The notes: generated from the letters alone by a model not told the origin. Counted from the stretch's first letter, positions 39,182 through 49,777 are shown. The stretch: DNA of 64,000 nt from Nitrosopumilus sp. (GCA_963667665.2 OY763927.2:1312001-1376000), one strand, 5' to 3'. A program made the numbers and translations.

Positions 39182-40096
39182 ATGAAAGAGACAGGCAAAA
39201 TATGGATGAACGGGAAGTTAATACCATTCAAAGATGCCAAAGTTCATGTATTAACTCACGCATTACATTATTCAACATCAATCTTTGAGGGAATTAGATG
39301 TTATAACACACCAAATGGTTCTGCAATATTTAGACTTACAGAACATGTTGATAGATTATTCAAATCTGCAAAATTGTATTCAATGAAAATGCAATTCTCA
39401 AAAAAAGAAATTTCAGATGCCATAGTAAAAACTGTAAAGGCAAGTGGACTCAAAGAATGCTACATTAGACCATTAGCATACTATGGTTATGGAACAATGG
39501 GATTAACTCCTACTCAAAATAAAGTAGATGTTTCAATTGCATGTTGGGCATGGAAGATGGGTGAATCAAAAGCAGGTAAATTCTCTGGAGCAAAATGTAA
39601 AGTATCAAGTTGGATGAAAATTGATTCAAGGTCTCAACCAATGCAAGCAAAAGCAGCTGCAAACTATTCAAATGCAGCACTTGCAAGAATGGAAGCATTA
39701 GAAAATGGATATGATGAGGCAATTATGTTAAATTCACAAGGAAAGATCTCAGAAGGAAGTGCAGAGAATATCTTTATTATAAAAAATGACATTATTCAAA
39801 CACCACCCCTTTCTGCAGGAGGGTTAGATGGAATAACAAGAGATAGTGTTATTCAAATTATTGAAGAAAATGGCGGATTTGTAATTGAACGAGATCTAGA
39901 AAGAGATGATCTCTATACAGCTGATGAAATTTTCATGACAGGTACTGCTGCTGAGGTAAAGTCAGTGACACAGGTAGACCAAATAAAAATTGGAAATGGT
40001 AAGATGGGTGTTATCACAAAAGCATTACAAAAATCATTTTCGGATGTTGTAATGGGTAAAGATGAGAGATTCTTGCCATGGTTAACATTTATCTAA
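39182..40096 (+). CDS. ilvE: branched-chain amino acid aminotransferase
   Basis: HALHY, FEGIR, YIRP, EGSAENIF, GITR, GTAAEV. Confidence 0.95.
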   Translation: MKETGKIWMNGKLIPFKDAKVHVLTHALHYSTSIFEGIRCYNTPNGSAIFRLTEHVDRLFKSAKLYSMKMQFSKKEISDAIVKTVKASGLKECYIRPLAYYGYGTMGLTPTQNKVDVSIACWAWKMGESKAGKFSGAKCKVSSWMKIDSRSQPMQAKAAANYSNAALARMEALENGYDEAIMLNSQGKISEGSAENIFIIKNDIIQTPPLSAGGLDGITRDSVIQIIEENGGFVIERDLERDDLYTADEIFMTGTAAEVKSVTQVDQIKIGNGKMGVITKALQKSFSDVVMGKDERFLPWLTFI

Positions 40097-40137
40097 TTTT
40101 CCACGAGGTTTTTTACCCACAAAAATGATCAGATATC

Positions 40138-40299
40138 ATGGATTCATGCGCTACAGGTGATACTCATGAAATCTGCTGGTTTTGCAGAAAAGGACGTCAT
40201 CAAGACTGTATGAAAGAGATTCCAACACAAGGAAAATCAGATGGGCCACATGATTGCACTTTTGATACAAAACTTGTTACATGCAAATGTCAACACTAA
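40138..40299 (+). CDS. 53-aa Cys/His-rich microprotein (not in ORF track)
   Basis: MDSCATGDTHEICWFCRKGRHQDCMKEIPTQGKSDGPHDCTFDTKLVTCKCQH*; fills the gap between ilvE and the methyltransferase. Confidence 0.7.
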   Translation: MDSCATGDTHEICWFCRKGRHQDCMKEIPTQGKSDGPHDCTFDTKLVTCKCQH

Positions 40300-40325
40300 A
40301 CAATTAATATCAAATACAGCTATGT

Positions 40326-40892
40326 TTGAAAAATTCTATGAGTTACAATAAGGAATTTTGGGACAAATATGCAAATGAAAATGAAGCAAAATACAATGAA
40401 GAATTTGCAAAATTTACAAGAGATTTGGCAACTTCTTTGCGCTGTTCAAGTGTTTTAGAGATTGGATGTGGAACTGGAATTGATTTGAGACTATTTACTG
40501 ATACATTTCAAATTCATGGAATTGATCTAAATGATAATGCTTTAGATATAGCAAAAGCAAAAATTCCAAGTGCAAATTTTAAGAAAGGAACAATTACTGA
40601 TTTACCATTTGAGGATTCTTCAATAGATTTTGTTTTTACACATCAGCTCTTGAATTATTTAGATGATGATACATTAGACAAAGGAGTTGCAGAAATGTAT
40701 AGAGTAGCTGGAAAATATATAATGAATTGTGAAAAATTTGAAGAAACAGAAAAACAGATTGATGAAAATCACAAATTTCGTAACATGTTAAAAAGATGGA
40801 AAAATTACAAAGTTAAAATTGTAAGCAATGTAGATATGCATGAAGAGATAGAACCTGAGAAAGCTAGATTCACTTTATTAAGAAAACTTTAA
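40326..40892 (+). CDS. class I SAM-dependent methyltransferase
   Basis: VLEIGCGTG, GIDLN, LPFEDSSIDFV; start may be 40338. Confidence 0.9.
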   Translation: MKNSMSYNKEFWDKYANENEAKYNEEFAKFTRDLATSLRCSSVLEIGCGTGIDLRLFTDTFQIHGIDLNDNALDIAKAKIPSANFKKGTITDLPFEDSSIDFVFTHQLLNYLDDDTLDKGVAEMYRVAGKYIMNCEKFEETEKQIDENHKFRNMLKRWKNYKVKIVSNVDMHEEIEPEKARFTLLRKL

Positions 40893-40931
40893 TTTTATCT
40901 TTTTTTAAATTGTGAAAAATAATACTTGAAA

Positions 40932-42701
40932 TTATTTTGGCAGTTTAATGATAAAAGTAGTAGGATTATTTGTTATAGAAATTTCACCTTGATGTTGCTC
41001 TATAATGTTCCTACAGCTTGCCAAACCAAGGCCAGTACCTTTTTGTTTAGTAGTGTATAGAGGCTCAAACACTTTATCAAGATCTTCATCAGAAATCCCT
41101 TCACCAGAATCAATAAACTTCAAAATTATCATGTTGTCTTCTTCATTAATTAAAATCTCAATTTTCCCACCTTCATGCATTGCCTGAATTGAGTTTACAA
41201 GAAGATTAATGAATACAGCATCCAGTTTATCTTCATCACAATTAATTTTTATTTTATTTTCAGATACTATAATTTCAACATCATCTGTAACATTAATTTT
41301 GTCTATAGAATTTTGAATAATTTCATCTACAAAAACTTTGGATAATTGTAGTGGAGAATGTCTTACATATCCTAAAACATCATCAACTTGATGAGATATT
41401 CTATCAATGCTTTTTTCTATTAAATTAATTCTTTTAGTAACTGATTCTTCAGAGATTTTTAAATCTGGAGAGGATTGTTTAATCATATCTACAGACATTT
41501 TCATTACAGATAATGGATTTCTTAAATCATGTGCAAGACGACCTGATAATTCTCCAATTGCAGACAGACGTTCTGATTTTAATACTTCTTGTGTTTTTTT
41601 TTCTACAAGATTTTCGAGGTTATCTCTTTGTTCAACTAATTCATTGGTTCTCATTTTAACTAATCGTGAAAGATTCCTGGTGATAGTGATTACTATAATA
41701 CCAAAAACACCTAACATGGCAATAATTCCAAGCAAAAGATGTTCAGCTGAAAGTTGTTCATCGGTTTGAATAAAAACTGTACTAATAAGAGAGATGAGAA
41801 TAACCATACAAACAATAGCTACTGTAAGTGGAATTCCAAATTGGCTAATGGTCTCAAATTTTACATTTTCAGAAAAGAACATAGTATGTCTTTCAGAAGT
41901 TGGCAGCTTTGAAATCTTTAAACGAATATGTAATGCAAAAATTAGCATGAAATAGCTGTAGAGATACATCAGATCAGATGGATGCCCATCATAGTATGAG
42001 TCATCAAGTTCTGCAAAGACAAAAAATGTATCTGCAATAGCATACATTATGAATCCAAATAAAATTAACATCCAAGCTAGGTTTGCACCTCTTTTGGCAA
42101 GATACATGACTCCTATAATTGCTGGAACTAGTTGGAATGATGCCAATATTGGATATGCAAGTAAAACAGAAGCTGTAAATGCTTCTTCTTCGAAAATATC
42201 CCCATATACACCAGAAATAGAGGGTACTAGAAAGGAAAAAGATAAACCAATTGCAAACAACCAAACATTTCTGCTAACTGATTTGAGTATAGGTTTTAGA
42301 GAAAAGATCAAAAATGCAAAGAAAAATGGATATGCAGCAAGATAAAAAATGTCTGCTTCAGATGGAAAAGGTTCACCTACCACAAAAATACTATAATCAT
42401 ATAATTGCCAAATTTGTTCAGCTATAAACCAACATGATGCACCTATAGCAAAAAAGAGAAATGCTTTTGCTTGATAGTGTTTTTGTTTGAATAATTTTAT
42501 TGTTATAAGTATAGAATAAACAAGCAAAACTCCGGGAATAATAAGATACGCAGGAGCTGATATAACCGAAAATTCATCAAAATTAAGAAACGGTCTTAAT
42601 TAATATAAAATAGTAATTATCACTAGAAAAGAAATTAAAATAGTCAGAACACGTTTGTTATCAGAAAACTGTGTTTTTGTTAAAGCATGATTATTACCCA
42701 A
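40932..42701 (-). pseudogene. multi-TM sensor histidine kinase with in-frame TAA at codon 34
   Basis: AHDLRNPL, NLLVNS, DSGEG, GTGLGL. The frame extends from a TTG at 42701 (GAGGT SD) through TAA at 42600-42602. Confidence 0.75.
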
Positions 42702-42867
42702 ATTCCAAACCTCGTAATTTCACATATTTTTTTAATGTACAAGAATATACGTTTTCATATAATTTCAATTCAGTCTCAAAATCTGTTGGATAAAAAGTAC
42801 AATTAACATGTAATGTGTAATATTCAGCCTAACTTAGTCTTTAAAAGTAAAGTATGATAATATTACT

Positions 42868-43251
42868 TTGAAAATGAAAAAAACTATTCTAGTAGTAGAG
42901 GATGATGAAGATTTACGAGGTATTTACAAAGAAATTCTAGAAGTATATGACTATGATGTTCAGATTGCCATTAATGGATTGGAAGGAGTTGAAAAATTCA
43001 AGCAAAAAAAACCATCTTTAGTAATTATGGATGCAGATATGCCTGTGCTTGATGGATATAAGGCATTCAAGCAAATCAAAGAGATAGATAATAACGCAAA
43101 GGTAATCATTGTCACAGGATTTTCAGATACGGAACCCAAAAGTATAGAAGCAATGAAACTAGGACTAATCAAAATAATTTCAAAACCATTAGGAGTAGAT
43201 GAATTGCTAATGTTGGCAAAAAAATATACTAAAACTAAACTAGAAAAATAA
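42868..43251 (+). CDS. response regulator receiver
   Basis: VVEDD, MDADMPVLDG, T, KP. Confidence 0.9.
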   Translation: MKMKKTILVVEDDEDLRGIYKEILEVYDYDVQIAINGLEGVEKFKQKKPSLVIMDADMPVLDGYKAFKQIKEIDNNAKVIIVTGFSDTEPKSIEAMKLGLIKIISKPLGVDELLMLAKKYTKTKLEK

Positions 43252-43307
43252 TTTGGTTAAAAGATTGTCAGATTGATTTCTAGATAAGTTAGATTTAAAA
43301 TTAAAAG

Positions 43308-43381
43308 CGGGTCTAGAGGGATTCGGACCCTCGACAACCGGATTAAGAGTCCGGTGCGCTACCTGGCTGCGCCATAAACCC
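43308..43381 (-). tRNA. tRNA-Lys(CTT)
   Basis: Reverse complement GGGTTTA...CCGGA-CTCTTAA-TCCGG...GAGGG-TCCGAAT-CCCTC-TAGACCCG. Confidence 0.93.
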
Positions 43382-43440
43382 ACCAAAGTGGATATGCCTA
43401 GAGTTGTTATTAATCTTAAGATTGTAAAATAAAGGAAAAT

Positions 43441-44043
43441 TTAGTTTTGTGCTTTTGCTTCAATTTCATTGTACTTTTCAAGAATTGCTGTTAGTACAGT
43501 TGAAACTGGAACATCATTCATCTTTTTCTTTTCGATAAGGATTTTTTTGTATGCATCTAGTGTAATGTATACTGGAATTGAACCATTTCCTTCAAGTAAA
43601 CCTCTAACGTTGTAAAGAGCAGTCTCCATTCCTTTCTCAGCAGATTTTGCAAATTTTGCTTTATCCATAATTGCTCCTAGTGGACCAAATGGCATCACAT
43701 AATCAACTGACATTGTTATTCTAGTAAGATTATCACCTAATTCTTTGAATTCATTGGTAATTTGCCATCTCTTAAATGGACCCTCAATTTGCTTTGCAGA
43801 GATCTTTTCATTTTTAATAAATTCAGTTGTCTCACAATCCCATTCAAGACGTTTACCACTAAAGTCACCGATAATTCTAAAGGTTGTACCAACACCCATT
43901 CCTTCTTTGATATCCATAGGAACGACTTGCATGCCTACGACATCAGTTTTAATTTGATCAGAGATGTGTTCAGGTCTTGCAAAATAGGTAAAAACATTCT
44001 CTACTGGTGTTTTGATATCAATAGATTTTGTAACTAAGGTCAC
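43441..44043 (-). CDS. SRPBCC/START-fold protein with short C-terminal extension
   Basis: SIDIKTPVENVF, GVGTTF, EGPFKRW. Confidence 0.82.
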   Translation of the reverse strand: MTLVTKSIDIKTPVENVFTYFARPEHISDQIKTDVVGMQVVPMDIKEGMGVGTTFRIIGDFSGKRLEWDCETTEFIKNEKISAKQIEGPFKRWQITNEFKELGDNLTRITMSVDYVMPFGPLGAIMDKAKFAKSAEKGMETALYNVRGLLEGNGSIPVYITLDAYKKILIEKKKMNDVPVSTVLTAILEKYNEIEAKAQN

Positions 44044-44139
44044 GATTCAATTTCTCGTAGTTTAGGATTTAAAGGTTTTGAAGATTTTTGAATAAAAATT
44101 GATTTACAATATATTTATCCATTTTCTATGACAATCTAA

Positions 44140-44664
44140 ATGTCTAAAAAGCGATCAGTTTTTTTGATTTTTATTTTACTACTTTCATCTGTCTCAATAT
44201 TTGATTATGCTTATGCTCATTCAATGTTTAATTCTAGTGAGAAATTTGAAGCAGGTTATAGAGTACAAGTTGCAACATTACCAGAGTTTCCCGAAATTGG
44301 TGGACCATCTATATTTTTGGTAAGAGTATCTGAGGGATTTGAATATACAGAAGTTGATAGATTTACTATGGGAATTAGAATTTATTATAATGAAGAACTA
44401 GTAGATACAATTCCTGTAACACATATAGAAGGATCTCATTGGGACATTGATTATGTATGGAAAAATTCAGGAAACCATATTGTAAAGGTTGACTTGTATA
44501 ATATTGGAGAAAATCAAGGAATTACAACTTATACATTTAACATGGGAACACAAAATCCATTTGGATACATCTTCTTTATTGCAATAGCTATAGGCGCTTT
44601 ATTTCTTGCAGTAACTATTGGGTATGTTTACTTTACAAAAAAATTAAAAAAATCTAAACTTTAG
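44140..44664 (+). CDS. secreted Ig-like protein with C-terminal TM anchor
   Basis: Signal peptide ending AYA-H; C-terminal hydrophobic helix plus basic tail. Confidence 0.75.
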   Translation: MSKKRSVFLIFILLLSSVSIFDYAYAHSMFNSSEKFEAGYRVQVATLPEFPEIGGPSIFLVRVSEGFEYTEVDRFTMGIRIYYNEELVDTIPVTHIEGSHWDIDYVWKNSGNHIVKVDLYNIGENQGITTYTFNMGTQNPFGYIFFIAIAIGALFLAVTIGYVYFTKKLKKSKL

Positions 44665-45097
44665 ACGCTATAGATATTCTAGAGATTCTAAATGCAAATA
44701 ATGTAGTTAACAATACCATTGCAAATAATAATATTCCAATTCCCAAGTGAATTGCAACCAAAACCGCTTGTAGTTTCAGATCAATTACTAAAGCACCAAG
44801 AATAATTTGAGTAATAACAAATACAGTTGCAAGTGAGCTTGTTACTTTGATCTTCAAATCAGCATTTTTGTTAATGAGACTGGCAACCATAGTTGCAATT
44901 ACTAATGCCCCAGTAGTTGCTGCAATTAATCTATGAGTCCATTCAATTAAATATTCTTCAGTAGGCAATACCCCACTTGGACACAAAGGCCACTCAGGAC
45001 AAGTCAAGCCAAGTCCGGCTGCCGAGATATATCCGCCAATAACCATTAGAGAATACAAAACCATCATGGTTACTAGTGCAAGATATTGAATTGCCAA
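44654..45097 (-). CDS. ctaA: short heme A synthase (CtaA/COX15 family)
   Basis: GLTCPEWPLC, EWTHR, HLG. Confidence 0.88.
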   Translation of the reverse strand: MAIQYLALVTMMVLYSLMVIGGYISAAGLGLTCPEWPLCPSGVLPTEEYLIEWTHRLIAATTGALVIATMVASLINKNADLKIKVTSSLATVFVITQIILGALVIDLKLQAVLVAIHLGIGILLFAMVLLTTLFAFRISRISIASKV

Positions 45098-45099
45098 AA

Positions 45100-46086
45100 C
45101 TATTCTACGATAAAGCTGCCTTGCATGCCTTGTATTGCATGTCCTGGGATAGTACAGGTATAATAATATGATCCAGGTGCACCAGCAGTGAAAGTAGTAC
45201 TAGCACTTTCATCTGATTTTAATGCACTTGACATTGAACCAATTGTAGAATCCATTACCACGCTGTTAAAATCTTCAGGATTTGAAACAACTCCAAATGC
45301 GTGAAACAATACACCTGTATTAGTTACTGTAACGGTTACTTCATCACCAGAATTTACACGAATTTCTGGATTGTGACCATCCTCACCAGGTAATGCATTA
45401 AATGCCAAAGTCCTAATGTCATCAGATTCTACAAAGTCTAAAGCAAATTCATGAGATACACCTGTTGGAGCTGCTGCTACTCCAGAAGAACCACCACCTT
45501 GTGCAGGACCAATAATGATTTCTCCAACCATTCCTTGTTCTCTATGTCCAGGAACTGTACAGATGTAGTAGTAAGTTCCCTCCTCACCTGCAATGAATTC
45601 AGAAGAACCACCTTCTCCTCCAGTTAATGGACTAGATGCAGCACCAATTTCACTACCTGGAATTATTCCTGCAAAACCTTCATCAGATTTTGTAACACCA
45701 AATGCGTGAACTAATATTCCTCCATTATCTACATTAAAGACAACTGTATCCCCAACATTCATCTGAATTGTTGGGTTGTGACCATCCTCACTCGGTAATG
45801 CATTAAATGCCAAAGTCCTAAAGTCATCAGATTCAATAAACGTAAGATCTTGTGTAATTGTTTTTCCAGTTGCAACAGCTGGTGCTGCATGATCTACTTC
45901 TCCTGCCATCATTGCTACAACTGGTGCAGGTTGTGAAATCCAATAGTCCCACATTGCAAAGAAAATTATTCCACCTACAATGCAAATGCCTAACATTATG
46001 ATCATCATTTTTCCAGTTCTAGATGCACTTGTTCTGTATACTGGATGTTCTGCTTCGCCAATTGGGTGTTCTGTTTCGTTACTCAT
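45100..46086 (-). CDS. membrane-anchored protein with two type-1 blue copper domains
   Basis: HAF...CTVPGHREQGM and HAF...CTIPGHAIQGM. Confidence 0.92.
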   Translation of the reverse strand: MSNETEHPIGEAEHPVYRTSASRTGKMMIIMLGICIVGGIIFFAMWDYWISQPAPVVAMMAGEVDHAAPAVATGKTITQDLTFIESDDFRTLAFNALPSEDGHNPTIQMNVGDTVVFNVDNGGILVHAFGVTKSDEGFAGIIPGSEIGAASSPLTGGEGGSSEFIAGEEGTYYYICTVPGHREQGMVGEIIIGPAQGGGSSGVAAAPTGVSHEFALDFVESDDIRTLAFNALPGEDGHNPEIRVNSGDEVTVTVTNTGVLFHAFGVVSNPEDFNSVVMDSTIGSMSSALKSDESASTTFTAGAPGSYYYTCTIPGHAIQGMQGSFIVE

Positions 46087-46095
46087 TTTTTTCTC

Positions 46096-47634
46096 CTAAT
46101 GATGTGGGTTTTTTGCCTCAAATGGATAGTAGTACTTGCCACCTAGACCAAATGGGTCATGAATATCTGCAAGTTTGCCTTTAGCTGAACTGTAAATCAT
46201 ATTTACCAAGAAGATTGCCATACTAACACCAATAATCATTGCACCGACAGATGCAATCTGATTCATTGCAATCCATTCTGGAATTGGTGGATAATCATAA
46301 ACTCTCCTTGGCATTCCGTACAAACCAAGTACGTGTTGTGTAAAGAATACCAATATTGTACCTACAAAAGACAAGAAGAAGTGTATCTTACCTGCAGTTT
46401 CATTGTACATTCTACCTGTGACATATGGGAACATGTAGTAGAGATAACCAATTGAACCAAATGCAATAGTACCCATTACAAAGAGATGGAAGTGACCAAC
46501 TACCCAGTATGAATCATGTGTTGAAAAGTCTAATGGCATTGCGCTGTTAACTACACCACCTGCACCTGCAGAAAAGAACAATGCAATTCCTCCAACTGCC
46601 CACATCATTGGTGTTGCGAATTTAATTCTGCTATTCCACATTGTTGCAATAAAGTTAAACACATGCATAGCAGATGCTGGAACAGCAGCAAGAGTTCCTA
46701 CCATAAAGACTGTTTTTTCAGTAAACGACATTCCTGTTGCAAACATGTGGTGTGCCCATGATGAAAAAGCAACAAGTGATAACATTACAAACGCAAAGAC
46801 TGCAGAGTTGTAGCTATAGATTGGCTTTCTTGAGAATCTCGGAATAATTTCATACATCATACCAATTGCTGGAATTACCAAGACGTATACTTCTGGATGG
46901 AATGTAAACCAGAACAAGTGTGAATATGCAATTGGATCACCACCCATTGCAGGATTAAAAAATCCACTAACACCCAGTCTGTCAGTTAGAAGCATTAAGA
47001 GGGCTGCTGCAAATGTTGGAATTGCAACAATGATTATTACAGATGTTGCCAAAAATGACCAAGCTAAAAGCGGGACTTGGCCAATTGACATGTCTGGATG
47101 CTTACATTTGAGAATTGTAACTACAAAGTTGATGGCACCAAGTACTGATGAGACACCCAAAATCTTTAGTCCAAATATCCACATATCAGCTGCTGGACCT
47201 GGAGCACTGATGATAGAATATGGTGGTTGTGCATACCATGTAAAGTCTGCAAAGCCTAACCAGACCAGTGCTGCAGCAGGTGGAATCATCCAAAATGCAA
47301 TTGCATTAAGTTTTGGATATGCCATGTCTTTGTATCTAACCATTATTGGGACAAAGTAGTTACCAACTGCAGATGCAAAAGGAATGATAAACAAAAAGAT
47401 TAGTGTCGTACCATGAACAGTAAAGATTCTGTTGAAGGTCATTGAATCTGCAATTAGTTGTCCTGCCCCTTCAACATTAGGTAAGAATAATTCTATTCTG
47501 ATTGCAAGTGCTAATGAACCACCTAAGAACAAGAATGCTAGTGATGAAATAAGATAGAGTAAACCAATATCAGTATGATGTGTTGAGAACATAATTTGCC
47601 AAATTGGACGTGGCTTTGCTAATTCTAGAACCAT
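46096..47634 (-). CDS. coxA: heme-copper oxidase subunit I
   Basis: HG, WFTFHPEVY, WAHH, HFH. Confidence 0.97.
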   Translation of the reverse strand: MVLELAKPRPIWQIMFSTHHTDIGLLYLISSLAFLFLGGSLALAIRIELFLPNVEGAGQLIADSMTFNRIFTVHGTTLIFLFIIPFASAVGNYFVPIMVRYKDMAYPKLNAIAFWMIPPAAALVWLGFADFTWYAQPPYSIISAPGPAADMWIFGLKILGVSSVLGAINFVVTILKCKHPDMSIGQVPLLAWSFLATSVIIIVAIPTFAAALLMLLTDRLGVSGFFNPAMGGDPIAYSHLFWFTFHPEVYVLVIPAIGMMYEIIPRFSRKPIYSYNSAVFAFVMLSLVAFSSWAHHMFATGMSFTEKTVFMVGTLAAVPASAMHVFNFIATMWNSRIKFATPMMWAVGGIALFFSAGAGGVVNSAMPLDFSTHDSYWVVGHFHLFVMGTIAFGSIGYLYYMFPYVTGRMYNETAGKIHFFLSFVGTILVFFTQHVLGLYGMPRRVYDYPPIPEWIAMNQIASVGAMIIGVSMAIFLVNMIYSSAKGKLADIHDPFGLGGKYYYPFEAKNPHH

Positions 47635-47683
47635 TAGTTAATCTCCTTGCTTGAAATAATTGAAAGTTGTGATAATAATGTTA

Positions 47684-48115
47684 TCAAGTTGATGCTTCCT
47701 CCACATATAGTGTTCCGCGCATGTTATAGTGAATCAAGCCACAATATTCTCTGCATTGAATATTATGTTCTCCTACTGCATCTGGAGCAAACCAAACAGT
47801 GTTAACTCTTCCTGGAATTGCATCCATTAAAACAACATAATCATGAATGTTAAAAGAGTGAATAACATCTTTTGACATTATTTCAAATTTGTATGCCTTT
47901 CCAACTTCAACATGTAGCTCACCAATTTCTTTTGTTCCATCTTCATGCTCAAAAGTCCAGAACCATTGTTGTCCAGTTACTTTGATTACTTTAGCATCTG
48001 CAGGAATATGTTCAATAAGTCTTTCAGCATTCCATGCTTCTGCTCCAACCCATGCCATTAATGCAATTACAACTGCAATGTAAATCCATTCAGGCCAGTT
48101 AGAGTGTCCACTCAA
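47684..48115 (-). CDS. coxB: heme-copper oxidase subunit II (CuA domain)
   Basis: QWFW, DVIHS, CREYCGLIHYNM. Confidence 0.95.
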   Translation of the reverse strand: MSGHSNWPEWIYIAVVIALMAWVGAEAWNAERLIEHIPADAKVIKVTGQQWFWTFEHEDGTKEIGELHVEVGKAYKFEIMSKDVIHSFNIHDYVVLMDAIPGRVNTVWFAPDAVGEHNIQCREYCGLIHYNMRGTLYVEEAST

Positions 48116-48378
48116 TTCGACCAGTCAGTTCCCTCATATGCAGTTGGTTTTGCTTTTGGATGAGATTCTCTGAATCTCCAAACTAACCAAGTCATTGTTC
48201 CTGCAACTACTGCACCAACTGTAAATGCAACAGTCATCATTCTAAAGAACAAATTCCAAATAATTACTCTACGGTCAAGGTATTCTCCAGGCTCATCACC
48301 TGCAGCAAATGCTAAGTCTATAGCTGGAATCATTACTAAAACAGCCAATACTAAGAATAATCCAACAATCCTTTCCAT
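48112..48378 (-). CDS. small membrane subunit of the oxidase operon (N-terminal TM part of split subunit II)
   Basis: Signal/TM helices, WRFR motif, overlaps the coxB start. Confidence 0.75.
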   Translation of the reverse strand: MERIVGLFLVLAVLVMIPAIDLAFAAGDEPGEYLDRRVIIWNLFFRMMTVAFTVGAVVAGTMTWLVWRFRESHPKAKPTAYEGTDWSN

Positions 48379-48430
48379 TAGCGATTGACTGACGAAACCT
48401 ATTTTTTATATTTAAGGGTTTTCAAGATTA

Positions 48431-49057
48431 CTAACTCCATCCATGATCGAAACGTGATGGATCCATTACATTAAGTCCGGAAAGTGAAAAATTTTTATCA
48501 TTTTCTCTAAAGATGGTAAGAGAAGCATTTGGTAAAATTAATTCATAAAGATTGGTAGGAGATAAGTCAATGACAGTAGATAGCATTGCTTTGATTGGGT
48601 CCATATGAGTTACAAGCAGTACATTCTCATCAGGATGTTTTTCAATTATGTGATCAACTATTCCTAGGATTCGTTTTTTGACATCAGAGAAAGTTTCTAC
48701 TCCATTATGGGCAATTTCAAGTTCACCATTATAGAATTTCATAAAGACATTACCATGACTGTTAAAAATTTCATCATATGGCATACCAGTAAATTTTCCC
48801 ATATCAAGTTCAATTAGACGATCATCAATTGTAACATCAAGTGAGTTGTGTTTTCCAACAATTTCTGCAGTATGTTTTGCTCGTTGTATAGGACTTGAAT
48901 AAATTGTTGAGATATTCATCTGTTCAAGTAATTGTGCAGTATATTCAGATTGTTTTATTCCAGTATCAGTTAATGGTACACCTTCTGTTCTACCAGCTAA
49001 AATTCTCTCGGTGTTATTTTTTGCCTGGCCATGTCTAAGAAAAATTATTTGTCCCAA
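48431..49057 (-). CDS. histidine phosphatase (phosphoglycerate mutase family)
   Basis: LRHGQ, SSPIQRA, LVTH. Confidence 0.92.
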   Translation of the reverse strand: MGQIIFLRHGQAKNNTERILAGRTEGVPLTDTGIKQSEYTAQLLEQMNISTIYSSPIQRAKHTAEIVGKHNSLDVTIDDRLIELDMGKFTGMPYDEIFNSHGNVFMKFYNGELEIAHNGVETFSDVKKRILGIVDHIIEKHPDENVLLVTHMDPIKAMLSTVIDLSPTNLYELILPNASLTIFRENDKNFSLSGLNVMDPSRFDHGWS

Positions 49058-49108
49058 TTTGATCGAAATTCAAATAGAGATAATAATAACATTGTCAGAT
49101 AGGTTATC

Positions 49109-49777
49109 ATGAAAATAGGAATTATTGGCGGTACTGGTGGAATGGGTAAAGGTTTTGCTTTAAGATGGTCACAAAACCACGATGTAATAATTGGCTCTAG
49201 AGATGCCACAAGAGCATCTGATTCAGCAGTAGAATATACTAATCTTGCAAAAGAAGCATTTGGTGAAATAAAGGGAACAATTTCTGGAAATGATAATGTT
49301 TCAGTTGCAAAGGAAAGTGATGTTTTGATTTTATCAATTCCATATGAGAATATTGATTCTACATGTTCTGGAATGTTATCTGAGATCAAAGATAGTTGTG
49401 TTGTTGTATCTCCAATTGTTCCAATGACTAAAACAGATGTGGGATTTGAATGCGTTGCAATTAAGGAAAACAAACCATTTTCATATCAACTAGTATCAAA
49501 ACACATGAAGAATAAATCAAAATTAGTTTCTGCATTTCATGTAATTTCTGAAAAGAAACTTGTCAATGCAACATTAGAACTTGATTATGACATTTTTGTA
49601 TGTGGAGATGATGAGTCAGTTCAAGTGGTAAATGGATTGATTAATGAAATCAAAGGTCTAAGACCAATATACTTGGGTCCAGTAGAATTATCTTATTTTG
49701 CAGAAATGTCAACGCCACTTTTGCTAAATGCAATGATAAAAAATAAGATTAAAAATCCCGGCATTAAAATTGTCTAA
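49109..49777 (+). CDS. npdG: NADPH-dependent F420 reductase
   Basis: IIGGTGGMGKG, IGSR, VSAFH. Confidence 0.88.
   Translation: MKIGIIGGTGGMGKGFALRWSQNHDVIIGSRDATRASDSAVEYTNLAKEAFGEIKGTISGNDNVSVAKESDVLILSIPYENIDSTCSGMLSEIKDSCVVVSPIVPMTKTDVGFECVAIKENKPFSYQLVSKHMKNKSKLVSAFHVISEKKLVNATLELDYDIFVCGDDESVQVVNGLINEIKGLRPIYLGPVELSYFAEMSTPLLLNAMIKNKIKNPGIKIV

Noticed and set aside
40893-43307. Integrated element at tRNA-Lys
   Set aside because: No duplicated tRNA 3' end (att) found by eye near 40900 and no integrase.
47684-48378. Split oxidase subunit II as a frameshift or novelty
   Set aside because: Both ORFs have their own starts and hydrophobic leaders; this arrangement is the known Nitrosopumilus layout.
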